The position numbers and the translations under genes are program-made. Shown one piece after another: positions 48,540-62,470 of a stretch of DNA of 64,000 bases. Position 1 is the first letter of the stretch, and each line of letters opens with the position of its first letter. This stretch comes from Takakia lepidozioides (taxonomy: Eukaryota; Plantae; Bryophyta). The stretch covers positions 91,388,001-91,452,000 of the forward strand of contig CM060731.1 in the NCBI GenBank assembly GCA_030704615.1, in the 5' to 3' direction. The notes beneath the pieces were generated by a model. The model had not been told where the DNA came from and ran no database searches. It saw nothing but the letters and a program-made list of their open reading frames with translations.

Positions 48540-49880
48540 GGGAAGATTTGTTTGTGCGAAGTTTGTAGAGGGGACAACGACTGACTTCTGGTTCTGTAGG
48601 CATGACATTATGACTTGTGTCTTTGGATAGCCCAACTACGGCATACAAGCAATGCCAGAGGCTCCCACGGTTTGGCCAGTGGAACCGGGATGTAATCTGA
48701 CTCAGCTTGAGGCTGACGCCCTTACTGCAGCAGGATTTCGAATGGTGCAGCGCACAGACGTCCCCGCACAACCATTTCTGGTTCAGCAATGTCGAGCATC
48801 GACCACTATGAGAGCAAGAAGGGACTGACGTGACAACCCCGCACATCCTACAATGCGTTGGGAGAAAGCGAAGAGACAACGACCTCCTACAAAAATAAAC
48901 GACATACGGATGACGAATGCACTTGGGATGACATGTACAATCCAGAGCTCACGAGAAGTGCCACAACCAAGGTTTGGGCGTGTTTATCAGATGGCCACTG
49001 CAGGCTCAGCTGCCCGCAACAAGGTGTACACCATCACAATTTCCGAATTTTCCACCCCGACTTCCTCACCATGGAGGCGAAGAAGGGAGCGTATTGGCCT
49101 TGCAAACATCTGTACTATGTGTACCTAAAGAGATTGAAGTGCAATTCCACAACTCATGACTACTACATGCACGAACATTGAGCCCCAATGAGGTGCACAA
49201 GCTCCTCAATACATGGATTGCCCCCGGGCTCAATACAATGTTACGCTCTTCCTTTCCAAAGTTTCAGTTATACTTAATCTATAATGCTGCAAGTACCTCT
49301 GACTTTGGCAACAACCGTGCCCACAAAACTGTTTAAGTTATGTCTTGCCTACCAGCACCTGTTTTGGTTGTACTAACATACCATTTTGTCAATGTGTTTC
49401 CATGTGCCAAGTTTTTTTTTTTTTTTTTTTTTTTTTGGATTCACCTCAAACTTTGCATACGTTGGTTGACCCCCGGCAAGGAAATGCGGCGCCGCATTTC
49501 CAAGTCTTGTGGCCGCCTATTGTGGAGAACACTGCAATCTGAAAAATTCTCACGTGCGAATCTGAATTCGGCGGCGCATTTCCCAGTTTGGTCGCAGAGA
49601 TTTCCCGCAGAATGCACAAAAACGCAATTTTTTTTAAAGTGCAATTAGTGTATTGTTGCATGGAAATCTTATAATTGTGAGAATAGGGTTAGCTTCATTA
49701 GAATGTTTGGGCATATAAAACCGAGCAATACTTTATTTCTGCCAGTATACGGTGTCTTTTTGTTGTGCCATACTTCCGATTTCGTCGCACCGTCAGTTTT
49801 TTCCCATGAGTACAATTACCTAAGCATGAGCGCAATGGTTACTCACGACATATCTTCGCCGCATTACAAGATCTAGAAAT
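48540..49880 (+). mobile_element. Second, more decayed copy of the right end of the GCM-MULE element
   Basis: Colinear with about 25425-26795: FWFCRHDIMTCV, SWIM remnant WPCKHLYYVYLKRL, GACCCCCGGCAAGGAAATGCGGCGCCGCATTTCCAAG and CGACATATCTTC.CCGCATTA. Confidence 0.9.
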
Positions 49881-49882
49881 TC

Positions 49883-52023
49883 TATTTTTATTTTTTATTT
49901 TTTAAAGAACAGAGGGATTGTATCCCTGATGAATTTAATATAAGTTATTGAAGGGGAAAAAAATTAAAACCCCATTTACGCCATAAGGCACACACACCGT
50001 ATTCGGTGTAGCATGATCCAACCATCTCCGGATGGAGATCAAGTCCACAAGACAAAAGACCGTGCCCCTACAGTAAAGGCACTTACACTGCAATCAGTGT
50101 TCCACGAGCCAAACAACTCCGATCGGAGATAAAGTCTAAGAGACCAAAAAACAGGGCACACTGCCCAAGACTTGAAATTGAACAGACGCATAACCTACTT
50201 GTTGTTGGACTTTTGAAGACCATCCAAGATGACATAGGGTGGAGGGGTGTTCGAAGTAATTAGGCCATTGACCTTCCCATCAACAAAGAGAGCGATCTAT
50301 CAGGTGCACTGGTCTTGCACAGGGCTGCTGCATATGAGGTCCTGTTTGCCCCAGGTGTGTTGAAAGTTCATGTGGATCGCTGCTGCATTCTTGGCATCTC
50401 GTTGAATGTCTGCACAAAGTTTGACCCAGGCCTTCCTAGCCTCAATTTGCAAATCAAGAAAGACAGTGGCAATGAGAGAAGATATCTTGTGGTTTGGCCA
50501 AGAAATGTATTTTTGCATCGTAGTTTCCAGAGGTTCTATATTGTAGAAGCCCTGAGGGTTTTAAACACAGGGCAATTGAGGGCTCTACTCTTAGAGACTG
50601 GATCATAGTTTAGCAAAAGGTCTGTATCAGAGAGAACTCTGGGGTTCCAGCATCTGTAGAAGGATTTAACATAGGGCCAGATCTTTGCAGGAGCTTGACA
50701 TGAAAGGAGACAATGTTCCAAGGATTCCAAGACCGTAGTAGAGCAACAAGCACACAGTATAGCTCCTCGGAACTGAAGCCATTCTCCAACTTTGAGAACC
50801 ATATTAACTACATGCCAGAAGAAAGCTGCAATCTTCGAAGGTCGTGTTTTAATCCAAACTGATCCCCAAATAGTTTTCCAGTTTTCATCACGGAAGTTGT
50901 ACAACCCCCATCTAGATTCCCATTTTTTGTACATAGGCTGGGTGACTGACAGGGATTTGTAGCCCTTTTTAGTTGTATATGCGAAGAAGGGCTCTGGTGA
51001 GTTGTTAAATTTCCAGGACCATTCCAGGGGGTCAATCTCCAGTTTTGCGAGGGGTCTACCGAGAATCCACACAAAGAAGTTGGTTGCCAGCCATGCCCTA
51101 GTAGTGATAGTGAGGGGAGGTTGGGGATTCATGGCTTTGTCTGGGGATGTCCAACAACAAACTCTGACTGGAGTAAGAGCCATTGTGTGGATGCGCAAGG
51201 GATCTGGAGAGGTAGGTGTTAGTCTAAGGGAAGTAGTGTTGATGGTAAATGTGTAGACCGAAATATCATTCATGGTGATGTCCTCTACGAATAGTATGGT
51301 AAGCTGGGTTTGTAGCACGACGAGGGCCCATGAGTTTGGGGTTGGCACGGGAGGACCAGAGGAAAGGGTAGACAGCCACTGTGCTGGAATAGATTGAATG
51401 ATTTGCTGATGGCCTTTGGAGGCTCGTGCAACGCCAACACCTTAAGCTATTGAATCTTGAGATCTGAGACTGTTCCCTGACCATATGTTATGTATCTGTC
51501 TGATTCCAAGGCAGTCCCATTTGGACCATCTCTTTGCTTGGTTTTTCTGAGATGGGGTCAGAGGGGTAGTGTTTAGAAACAAGTGAATTGTCTTTTAATT
51601 TCGTAGTAGTTGCTTGGCTAGGTTTTTATGAGCAGTTTCCTCAGCTTCCCCTAGGCCAGCCATATGTTTGACCAGAGAGTGGAATCCACTGTATTAAGGT
51701 TAAAGCCCTGAATGAGCCCGTGAAGGGAGGGGCTCCATTGGGTAGTTTTGAGGGGGGAGGAGTTAGCAATGTGGTCATAGACCAAGAATTTCCACCATCC
51801 CCCCTCAGGTCCAAGAAATCGGGGTATCCATTTTTCCAAGGAGTGCCACAATCTGTGTCTCGGGATCGAGAACCCCCAACCCCCCCCCTTTTTTTTTGGT
51901 GAGCAGATTTGCGCCCAGACTACTAGAGGTCTCTTGCTTTGAGATGAGGTCTCTGCCCCCCCAGATGAAGTTTCTAAGAAGGCGTTTGATTTCTTGTATC
52001 TGTTTGGAGTTCGGACACACACA
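49883..52023 (-). mobile_element. L1-clade LINE ORF2 3' piece with zf-RVT and A-rich tail
   Basis: CPNSKQIQEIKRLLRNFIWGG, GGLGV, zf-RVT CACC..ESLEHCLLSC. T-rich tract at 49883-49903 is the minus-strand poly(A). Confidence 0.88.
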
Positions 52024-53018
52024 TTGGAATGACATTGTCATCATCATTGTTGTGGTTTGTCTTCTTTCATTCATCCCTTAAGCTCTCTGGACTCATCATG
52101 TAGCTCATGTAAAGCAGCTTCTCAATCTAATAGAGGCCTATGAACCACTTGTTAATTGTTCAGGTTGACTCTAACTGATGATTATCCCAAGAAGCCCTTG
52201 GCAGGTTTAAAAGAGATCATTATTATCGATGTAGACAAATGTCCCAACATTCCATTTATGTCTGCAAGAAAATCCATCTTCATTGCAGAAGTACATTCTC
52301 CCATATATATCTATATAGTGGCCAATGAACAAAGTGAACTGATTACTTAGACATATTGATGTTTGTTGGTCTTACAACTTTTGTTTTCCTTGAGATTTGC
52401 TACTAGATGCTTCTATCTAACCCTGCCATTTGCAGACAACATCCTCTTTGTCTGAATACATATTGCAATGTGGAAAAGGCTTATGCCAATTTGCAGTATC
52501 CCTTCTCTGAAAAGGTTGCGTGTCTACATGGTAGCTTTGTCATATTGATTCAAAAATTAGTGGAACACAACAAAAGCTATAACGCAGTGCAGGGGCATGT
52601 TCACCCCCCCTGAAGAAAAGCAACACGACTTCCTTGGAAACTGGTGCTTGCTCAACATCAACAGACAGGTGGATGTAGGTGAGTTCACGACAAAATGAGA
52701 CCAGCAGCACAACATGCATGCAAGAGTGTCAGAACCAGTTCTCTCCTCCAGTTCCGGGCTTAGGTATCACTTCTCTTCTAACCTTACTGTAACACTGATC
52801 CCCTGGGACCTGCTTGTCATTGCACATGTGTAAGCACCACTTGGGTGAGATCCATCGCACTTTCATGCTCCACGATCTGCTTCAGGAGAGGTTAACCCTC
52901 CATAACTTGTCTATCTCAACTTGTGCCAGCGAAGATAGGACTTATTGACAAAAGTGGATGAATGTCTAACACTTCTCACTGATTAAAGTCAAGTTTGCGT
53001 GGAAGGGGATGAAAAGGG

Positions 53019-53787
53019 GTGGTGCCCAAGCAATTGAGTAGATGGAGCAAGCACTGAAAACATGTGATTTTGAAGAATTTGCCAAAATTATATGTGCAAA
53101 CAACAACCAATTCCATGCTACCTGCCTTGATACTTCCCCTGTCATATTCTACCTCAATGACACTTCTCACAAGTAAGCATCTTTTCTTCCTCCTCGTGTT
53201 TTTGTTGACTATGACTAGCTTCACTTCCCAAATTCCGACGGAGCACAAAAAAACACTCAATCTAAAAAAACCTCTAGATACTAGTATGCCACTACTGTTC
53301 TCTTTTGCCAAAATAACCACCAAACACAGTACAATCTGCCATTGGCCAAGTTTATCCATGGTGATGCCCCTCTTGAAGCCATTGTCTCGGACATGGATCA
53401 GGAAAGGAGCATACCTGTGCAACCTGAAACAGATGGATTCGAAACTCTGCTATTAACAAATAAGTGTTAGATCAGGTTTGGCAAGCCCAGGTGAGGGAAC
53501 TTAATGATCATCACAAGTGCAAAACATGCTAACTTTACTCTTAAAGGCATGGTCTCTATCAGATGAGAGCACAAGAAGCATTTTCCGTTCACCATAGATT
53601 TATTGCACAGATATCCACCTCCTGCTGAAAACTTCTGAAATCAACATCTTTCTACATGAATTCTTTGGATAACGTCTTCAGATTATGTTGCGCCACCATT
53701 TTGAGAAGAGGACTGGTTGCTGGTGATAGCTTGTGCAGAATAATAGGGTTAGTTGAACGGTGGAACCGCTTCGAGGAAAACCCACAG
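53019..53787 (+). pseudogene. MVD: Diphosphomevalonate decarboxylase fragment (two exons)
   Basis: VVPK/(frameshift, stop)/[46 protein letters not shown] intron 53173-53738 AG, then IIGLVERWNRFEENPQ|GT. Matches the plant MVD motif [34 protein letters not shown]. Confidence 0.82.
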
Positions 53788-54577
53788 GTAAAATACCTTC
53801 CCCCTCGCATTCTGTTCACCTCGTACGCATGAGCCTAAAGCCCTGGCCCTGTTGGAGTATAATTGCTGGGCAGCTGATTGCACACAGCCAGTTGATGTTT
53901 GTGTGAAGGGATATATCAAAAACCCGAACTAATTATCTTTACAAGGTTTGCTCCTTCCTTTTATCCTGGAAATGTCTACATCCTGAGACAAGCATTGCAG
54001 TCAAAGTCCTCAGGTTTGATGTCTGGGCCAGTGAGGCTTGGAAACAAGCTAGAGACAAAGAAAGGTAGCCGGTACTCTACAATGACATTCAACACACAGT
54101 TCGAAACCGTGGTTCATCCCTTGAGGGAGCTATCTCAAGCCTGGATAGTCTTCACTTGAAAAATGTGCAAGTTCAGATTGTGTGAGCAACTCATGGCCTT
54201 CAACCGAACTGTCTTTTGGCTCTGCTGCAGGGGAGAACAGACGTTTATCAAAGCCACTATCAAGTGGGGTTGTTTTTCTGCATGCATGTGCTTGCAAGGG
54301 CCCACCCCTGAAAAGGGGCAGTAGCCGCAAGGCGAAGTGGCTCTTAGTTACGCCAGCCTCGGCTGGAGTCTTCTCTCTCTCTGCATGTGCTTGTGGGAGG
54401 TCGAGGCAGCTGGAAAACTGGACACAGGTTTAATGGCCACAAGGCCACAACACTAACAAAACAATGCTTTACGAGTACATTCTTTTTGTATCTGTCAGGC
54501 CATAATCAGAGCACTCAACACCTCCATGAAAATCTGTTCAGCTAGTTCCAAAAGCTTCAGACAGCTCAAGATTCAAA

Positions 54578-54752
54578 AAATTATTTTTAGTTTTTTCAAG
54601 CAATCCGGGCAAGTTCCAAAAAAATTGACGTTGCTGATGTGGCAACAAAACGTGGCGACGATGATGTGGCAGTGACGATGTGGCACTATGGCACCCTATT
54701 CCCGCTCTATGCTAAAAACTAGTCGTTGACCTTCAGTCGTCGCTAGAATTTT
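54578..54752 (-). repeat. Inverted copy of the 10424-10600 repeat
   Basis: GTGGCACTATGGCACCCTATTCCCGCTCTA...CTAGTCGTTGACCTTCAGTCGTCGCTAGAATTTT. Confidence 0.7.
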
Positions 54753-54901
54753 GATATTATATATAGTGATATATGCCGAAACTACATAAATTCCTAAAAG
54801 ACTGCCGGACCTCTTCTTCAAGAAAAAATAATAATTCCAGCAAAGCCCTGACGAATAGCATGGGCAAGTGCGGTTAGTGTGTAGAATTCGGGATCACTTT
54901 A

Positions 54902-55318
54902 GAGCATCCCCACTCTACGCCTCTATGGACCCCTGCACCCGTACTTCTCGTATACAGGTTCAGATGTGCCTCCAAACGTACCACACCCTTGCCTCGCTAC
55001 TGTATACGCCGTTAAGGGCGGACACTGAACCACCTCTCTTTCACTGAATCCGTGCACGATATTCAACGTCCTGAACCCGTCCCGCAACCTAGTTGTCCCG
55101 ACCAAGGATATGCCAGAGGGTGCTGGCGCGTGTGAGAAGCGCGTGAGAACGTAGTTGGGAACTCCAGCAAGGCGGGGACATTGGATACAGGGGCGTAACG
55201 AGGGGCAAGGGTGTGGCTACGAGCAGCCGACCCTTTCACACACCTTCTGAGAGTCCTGAACCAACCTCTTCAAAACGGACGTAGAGGGGCCATTTCAGTG
55301 AGAAGGGTGGGGATGCTC
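54902..55318. mobile_element. PIF/Harbinger (Tourist-like) MITE
   Basis: TIR GAGCATCCCCAC / GTGGGGATGCTC with TTA target-site duplication on both sides; 417 bp, non-coding. Confidence 0.88.
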
Positions 55319-56659
55319 TTACAACCAATTACTAATTTATCCACCAAGGAAGGGTTTGCTTGAATTCCATGCATTTGTTTTAGGCTGTTTTCTACTGAAT
55401 TTGGAATAATTCCCTAAATTGCGTGGAAAAGTGGATGTAATAAATGGATGTAAGGGGGCAGCCGTACGACGTGCCATAAAGAGCCGGGGCTCTGTAAACG
55501 CATGACCCCAGATTCGATCCCGCGCCGTTGAAAGCACAGGCTGCCCGATCTGGCTGTTTCATCCTGCTAGAATGTTTCTGTGCAAACTGGTCGATAGGGT
55601 TCGGGGACGATTGGTGTGAAAGGTCGAGAGAGGAGAGAGGAGATCTTCAAGGAAGGGGCCTCAGCAACTTGGCGGGTACTTTGGAAATTTTGGGGTGCGC
55701 CAATTGCTCTACCAAATTCCACAAACAAGATCTGGTGGGAAGGGACAACGACAATGGCAGGACAGAGAAAAAGCTAGGCATCCACACCAAGGCCTACTCA
55801 TGCAACAAAATCTGATTGGGAGCTGGTGATGGATCAAATCACCCCATGTAAGGAAACAGTAAACTTACTCCGGATTTTCCCAGCTGTAGCCATAGGGGGA
55901 TAGCTTACCATAAAGCTAATGTCATTTACACCTTCATTTGTTAACTGTTCCATGCGCAGCTCTCCCACCTTCTCATTGGCACAATGGTGCCATTACCTCC
56001 CTACTGCTCTTGCAAGTTGAGCCTCAATTTCAAGTCGCCATCCTGCCCGTGGCTATGGAGGCGTACAACCCATGGTGTATGTGTACATATGTCTACTTGG
56101 ACATATACAAATACCTTTCCACCCATGTTTGAGCCTGTATTCTCTAAATACTACAATTCACAATACTACAAGTAATTTGATTCAATCCTCTCAGAGACTA
56201 GTGTTTCCTCAGTAACCTTATCACTCCCAAATTCATCTTCCAGGACTGAAATACTCAAGACAGCCCTACCCAACGTGTCAAAGATAATACAAAAACATTT
56301 TTTCCTAAGACATACTGTCCAACGAAAATTGCACTAGCATTGCAGGTTTCTTGCCGAATCCAAACAGATGCACCGCCGACAAGCAGGTAGCCCACTGGAG
56401 TAGATGTTGCACCAGGAGCCCTAATGGATGCCCCCAACAAAGCCTCTATATTGCAATTGTATAAAGTAGAGGAACGGTGTGAGGCAGGAAAGTTTGCACA
56501 TCAAAGATGTCCATTGCCCTGCCCAAAGATCCCATTTATATGCTGGCCACCAAATCCTGGTCACCATCCACTTGATATCTCCTTCAGGTGAAGTGTCCAC
56601 TCAAATAGAAGCCAGGGTCTCAATACCCTATGGGACCCCTCGATGAGAGGAGAATGTCC

Positions 56660-57655
56660 TCATGGGACAACGTTTGCCGGGGCCATGTGGTTGTGGCCAT
56701 AGACCCCGAGCCCAGTGTGGACGGTGTGAGAGATTGTACTCATAAGATGTTGTTTGCCGTAGCCTTGTAACCATTGACCCCGCGCCCAATTTGAGCGGGA
56801 ACAAAAGGGACAGAACACAGAACCTACCTCTCTCAGGGGCTGACGTTGGTAGTAAGACTTACCTTCATATATAGAATTAATCCGGGTTTTCCAGATATCC
56901 TCTAGAAATCCCTTCACACAAGCATCAATCTGCTGTGTGTGATTTGCCCAAAAACTAGGCCTCAGGAGGGCCTGGGCTTTTGGCTCAGCCTCGAGACTTT
57001 CAAAGTTGGTAAACAGGGGTACAGGCACAATTCCCTTGATAGATTTGAAGAATGCGTCTCTTTGGTGAGAGAACCCCGGACAGTGTATCAGAAAATGAAT
57101 ACTGTCTTCAGATTGCCCACACAACGGGCAATTTCACTGTCCCTTTCCTCTCTGCTTCTGTTTGCTGTTCAAAGGTAGGCTTCCTGCCCTGAGTTTAAAT
57201 TTCAGTCTAGTGCCGAGAGTGGGTAGACCCTTGAGGTCATCCAAGATGTCCTCCCCCATGTCACAGACTGGAAACAAGTTCAAGGAAGTTTTCTGCTTAA
57301 CTTCATTTTCATCAGATAATCTCATGGCAACAAACATGGCTTTGGACACTACAGCCTCTAAGTCAGATTTATCCAGCAGGGTCAAGACTTGCGGATCCAG
57401 GTCCAGGTCCTTGAGAATCTCTTCTACTCTCTTCTGCCAGGAATTAGCCTGTTTGACAGGGCGGTCCTGTTTCCAAGGTATAGAGTCGATTAACTTAGGA
57501 TATATCTGGTGTTGGGCATATGTTGCAGCTGACCCCACCATCTGACCTTGAATTCATCTCGTCGGGAGCTTAAGGACGGAATGCCAAACTCACCCCGAAC
57601 AGCCACATTGGCTGTTTAGGAGCATGCTGACATACACTCCTTAAGCACCCCCACA
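56660..57655 (-). mobile_element. 5'-truncated RTE/RTE-X-like LINE (3' end with Cys/His finger and repeat tail)
   Basis: KFKLRAGSLPL..CPLCGQSEDSIHFLIHCP; near-identical to 63150-64000. Confidence 0.82.
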
Positions 57656-57769
57656 GTGTGAGAGAGAGGGCGAGAGAGAGAGAGAGAAATGAAATGGTGC
57701 TTTATAACGTCCGCGGAAAGCTCATAGAGCTTATGGGACAAAATGGAAGAAAACAAAAAACCAGAGCCA

Positions 57770-57965
57770 GAGATAAAAACTATTGTTCGAGTGATTGTCT
57801 AAGGGTGAGTGCCTGGTGCAGTAAGCTGCCAAGCATTTCTGATCTTCATAGTGAAAGACTTCAGTGAGAGATTGGGTTCCACGGAATAGAGAGTGGAATC
57901 TCCCACGGATCTCATAGTATAGAGGGCAATAGAAGAAGAAGTGTTCTTCAGTCTCAATTTCCTGG
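57770..57965 (-). mobile_element. Short 3' fragment of a different non-LTR element
   Basis: IETEEHFFFYCPLYYEIRGRF (E-x-H-x4-CP finger end typical of RTE/L2-like ORF C-termini). Confidence 0.55.
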
Positions 57966-58584
57966 TTGCGCCCCGTGCAAGCTGGACAGAGAGAGAGGCA
58001 AACAGGGAAAAGGCAAAGAAAATTTGGGAAAGACAGGAGACTAGGGGGGCGATCCCTTTCCTTCATAAAAATGAAACGGACTGAGGCATAGAGTGAGAGA
58101 TCTTTGACAAGGGATCCCGAAGCATTTTCCTTGTAGTCATGCAGTCGTTTTCCGACTCCAGACTATACTCTATGAAGCTATCCATTGTCCGATGCAAGAG
58201 ATACAATGCTGCCCACCTTTCTAGATATTTCCTGTTGATAGTCACCTAAACACTTGCATACCAAGGCACAGTATCCATTTCCATTTGTCCCTCAAATAGT
58301 CTGCATTCTCCTGACCTCAGCAGATGACCTGACATATCCCAACCTCTAAAGTATACTACTATCAATCCCATTCCGAAACAAGGCACCCCAGGAAAGTGCC
58401 TCTTTAGTTTGTGAAAACAATCTTCCTCGGGCAAGACAGAATGACTTGACAGGAAGAAGAAGAGTGACTGAAGGGTTTTTGTTTGTGATACCCTTGTGTA
58501 ATCGTGGAACCCCACAAGGCCTAGAGCACATCCATTTGAACAAGAAATAGAAAGAGAAACCCAGCAGCAAATTAAGGGGAAGGA

Positions 58585-61500
58585 TCATGAAGGGAGGTGG
58601 CCAGTCCATCGAAGATGCTCAAGTGTCCGTTGGAGTCCAAATAGCAAGAAAGCTGCAATTGCAGCACGAAATCCGTCCCCATAAATAGGTGATGAATCTG
58701 TAGCAATTTGATGTAAATAGAATTCACCCAGTCGAGTTTCCGTTGTGGTGTCGGCCTGCTTGGACGACAACGATGAGCTCTTGTTGCTTAATTTTTTAAG
58801 CTCGGCTTGTAGCCATATATGTGACATCACTTGGCAGATGCCCTCCTCTACATCATTGCTTAGATGTGGGAAGGACCCTACACAAAGAAGAACGCCATTG
58901 ATTGAGTTGAGAACTGGTGAGTCAGTCAGTCATTAAGAAAATCCATGCAAGGTATATCCATCTTGACTTGCATACTTGCATTATGGTGAAACCATGCATC
59001 TGCCACAGGGATATACTCGATGACCCGGCAGATTCCACACAACTACAACTCGGGAGTAAGGTGTGATTGGCAATACTAGTTGGCATGAATCTAAGCAGAG
59101 AAAGGATGGTGGGGGCGAGAAAAGTATACCCTGAAGACGAAGCCATGCATGCATCAACTCATGCGCCAGAATGGACCCTGTAAACAATCTGCAATGTCCA
59201 GAGTCTCCAAACTAAGTATTCTGCATGCTTCCTGATCCTCTCAATTGCAGGGAGGAGACCTCTGGTGAAAGTTTTCAAACAATGTTGAGGTGAAGCAATC
59301 ACACACATACAAACACAGACCCTTCTGGACATTTCAAACTCTTCCTCTATCTTCGAGGGTGTAAATATCACACACTCGTAAGTGCTGGCTTGGAGGATAT
59401 AAAAGACTATATGTCCAGTTGGAGGACTACCAAAATGGAGTTCTGTGGAGTCAGATTTTACCTGGGTAGTCCATAGAGGACAAGAATGGCGGTGACCTCA
59501 CAGTGGCGTACTAACTTTCGTGACTGGGATTCTGTTCGCAAAAGCATGGGATAAGGACCAAAAGGTTTCGGTCTCTTGCCGAACACCTGTCCAAACACAA
59601 CTCCCTATTATAAGAGTTGGTACATGCAAGCCTTGTGGCAAAGGTTCCCAGCTCATTCACCCTTTCCTTAGCCATTGCAATACGCATAGTCAATCTAGAT
59701 TCACAGGATAAAATTAGGAGAAGAATGAGTGTTTCCAATAAGGTAGGACTACACTGACTGAAGTGGCTGCAACTAGGATAAACTTCCGAGACCCAACTCA
59801 CTGTTAAAATATGAGATATCACTTCTCATTCTCCTTCTAGTGGTCATAGTGAAGCCAGTAAGACCACACACAGGTAGAAAACCTCAACGCACCGTTGTGA
59901 TGGTTTGCTCCTCAGAAAGGCACAGCCCTCGAGTTTCTGCAGTGTGCATATGACCCTGCAAACAAGCACCAACCACCACAAACGTCCATTCAAAGAGACA
60001 CCTGCCACAAGCTGAATACTAATCTTACACAAACAGCTTTTGCATCTCAAAACCCTTGATGCGAGCGAGTATTCCTCCATGTGAAGGAGCGGAGATTCCT
60101 GGTGCATCAACCATGAAGTATGCAACTATTCTAAAAAAAAATCACCCGGCACTGAACCTACTCACATCCTTCTCGCCTTCACGTGCAGCATTTAGGGCTG
60201 ACCTCTCCACCAATAGCATAGGAATTTCCTGATCAACCATCATGCCAAGGTTCTTGTAGAACCGCAATATGTCACGGTAGAGCGGTTGACATTCCTTGGT
60301 GTCCAATACTGCTGAGTCGAGGCATTCCAAGCACAACTTACGGCCATCCTCCAAGCTCACATACTGTGTTCCCCCAGGCTGTATCACCGGAGTATCCCTG
60401 CCTTTAATATTGAGAGTCCCCATCTTTATAGGACATTTGCTAAAAATTCCACATTTAAGTAGACAGAAGATTGATTCCATAGCCTGTAACTGTTTGCATG
60501 GAAGAAGAGGGGAGGAGACACGGACAGAGGGACAAAGACCCGACCAGAACCACGGCCACTACAACAGAGAAATGAGGAGGCGGGATCAAGAAGCAGGGGA
60601 GAATAGAACATAGAGTTGAGGGAAAAAGAAACAAAGTGGATTTCATGAGCATCAGGGTGTATGTGTTCATAGACACTGGCCTCTCGAAAGGTGCAGAAGC
60701 AGCACTGACGACATTGTGAATCTACAACACAATGAGCGAGCACAAAAACCCGTTCATCATGACAAAAGGGTGGAGACTTCTTACCTCGATGCGATCACAA
60801 CTACAGCAACGAGGTGTACCATCTCTTTCATGGGATGGGCAGTACTTTTGACTCCAAAATGGATGTGATCGATACTCTATCAACCCCGCTGCATTTGTCG
60901 GAATCTGCAAAGTTCCAAGATATTAACACTTTTATGGCAGGATCCTCACAGATGAAGAGTTCAAATTTACTCATTACCATCTTCTGTTCTCAAATTTGCC
61001 AAATACAGCTGTAAGCTAAAATTCCAGATACATCCAACCTAAATGCACCATGTTCCATAAGAATGAAAGAAAGAATGAAAAGAGAAAGCAAACATAGACA
61101 AAGAGAGACATACAAAGTTACGGCAAACTTCACATTTTGGATGGAAGAGCTCCTTGTAACAGTCTCGATGATAAGGTTGGGTTCCCTGAACAGAAAACTG
61201 TCCACAACAAAGAACCTTGTTGGCACCTAAAAAGCTTGCATTGACCAGAGTAAGCTCTTCTATTATTATGAAAGTAACAAGTTAGTGTAACAGCAAGGGC
61301 TGAAAGTAGGGAGAAAAGGAGGTGGGAAAGAGAAGAGGGAGCGGCAACTTGCAATGCGTACCTAGTCTACCAACTTCTCAGGGTACATCATACATCTGAG
61401 TAACTTATATGTGCAGGGGTAAGGTGAGACCCTTGTCACAAGTTTTGCAAAGACACTAACTGTTTATTGGAAACATGGTCCCTTCCACCTACAAGCCTCA

Positions 61501-62470
61501 ATCCTTTGATACATGCCCACTTCATCTGGCATTGAAGGTGCAGTAAATACCTCACGGTCTGAAATGGGATTACTGCATAGTTGACAACGGAAGCAAGATG
61601 GGTGCCAGTTTTTTCCCAAGCAGCTCAAGAAGCGCCCATAGCCAAGTGGTTTGTTGCACCCACCGCAAACTGCAGAGTCTAGCCTATCAACCATATGCAC
61701 CCATAAATCTTTACACCCTCTCAATTGCTAAATAGATGGTTGAATGTACCTGTAAATAAGGTTGACTGGTAACCACAGAAGTATAGAAAGTATAGATATC
61801 TCACAGAACATAATGCAAGTACAAGGCCAGGATAGATCACTGTTAGGTCCTTTTACTGTTGGGTCAGGCAATGACAGTGAGTGAGGAGACTTTACCCACA
61901 AGCTATGGATGGGTTTGCCTGTGGGGCAGGATGCTGCAGGTTTAAACTTTCTTGCAAGGCTTTTGCCAGGTCCTCATCTGATTCCACGGGCGGAGCTGCT
62001 CTCCCTGAAGAAATTTAATATGGAAGACAGCAGTTAGAACATGCTACTGAAAATGTTGGTGATGTACTATGTGTGATGTACTAGCATTGGAAACCTACCA
62101 GCTCTAGCCAAACCATAAAATCTCACACTCAATTCACTGTATGGATGTGAGCGGGAATCTAAGGTCTATGATCAATATCTTGTGGATATTGTCATATGTG
62201 TAATGCAGGTCATATGTGGAGAAGCAGACATGCCAGTGTTGAACCAAGGATAGATTCATAAATCCAAATTCTGTCAATTTCTGTTGCACCCAACCATCAA
62301 AACAACAGGATGTAACATAGGTTAAAGATGGAGTTCGGGTGGTGACATTAACTGTGTTCTTCTGATAAAGCCAGGGCAATGGCACGGTCAAGTTCCTCTG
62401 TGTATTGAGGATCATTGGACGATGAAGTACCTTCATCATCATGCCTTTTCTCCTGCATATACCAATCCAT
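58585..62470 (-). CDS. DA1: DA1-family ubiquitin-activated peptidase (2 UIM, LIM, LIM-like, HEXXH)
   Basis: In-phase GT-AG exons: 62470/62452-62353 (EELDRAIALALSE), 62004-61896 (DEDLAKALQESL), 61683-61551 (LIM), 61197-61114, 60904-60785, 60378-60166, 59955-59893, 59586-59462, 59188-59130 (GSILAHELMHAWLRL), 58877-58585. Start codon uncertain (ATG at 62470 or an upstream exon). DA1 versus DAR orthology not resolved. Confidence 0.93.

Noticed and set aside
45399-52023. L1 twin-priming 5' inversion
   Set aside because: The pieces are about 4 kb apart and convergent, which fits a later genomic inversion.
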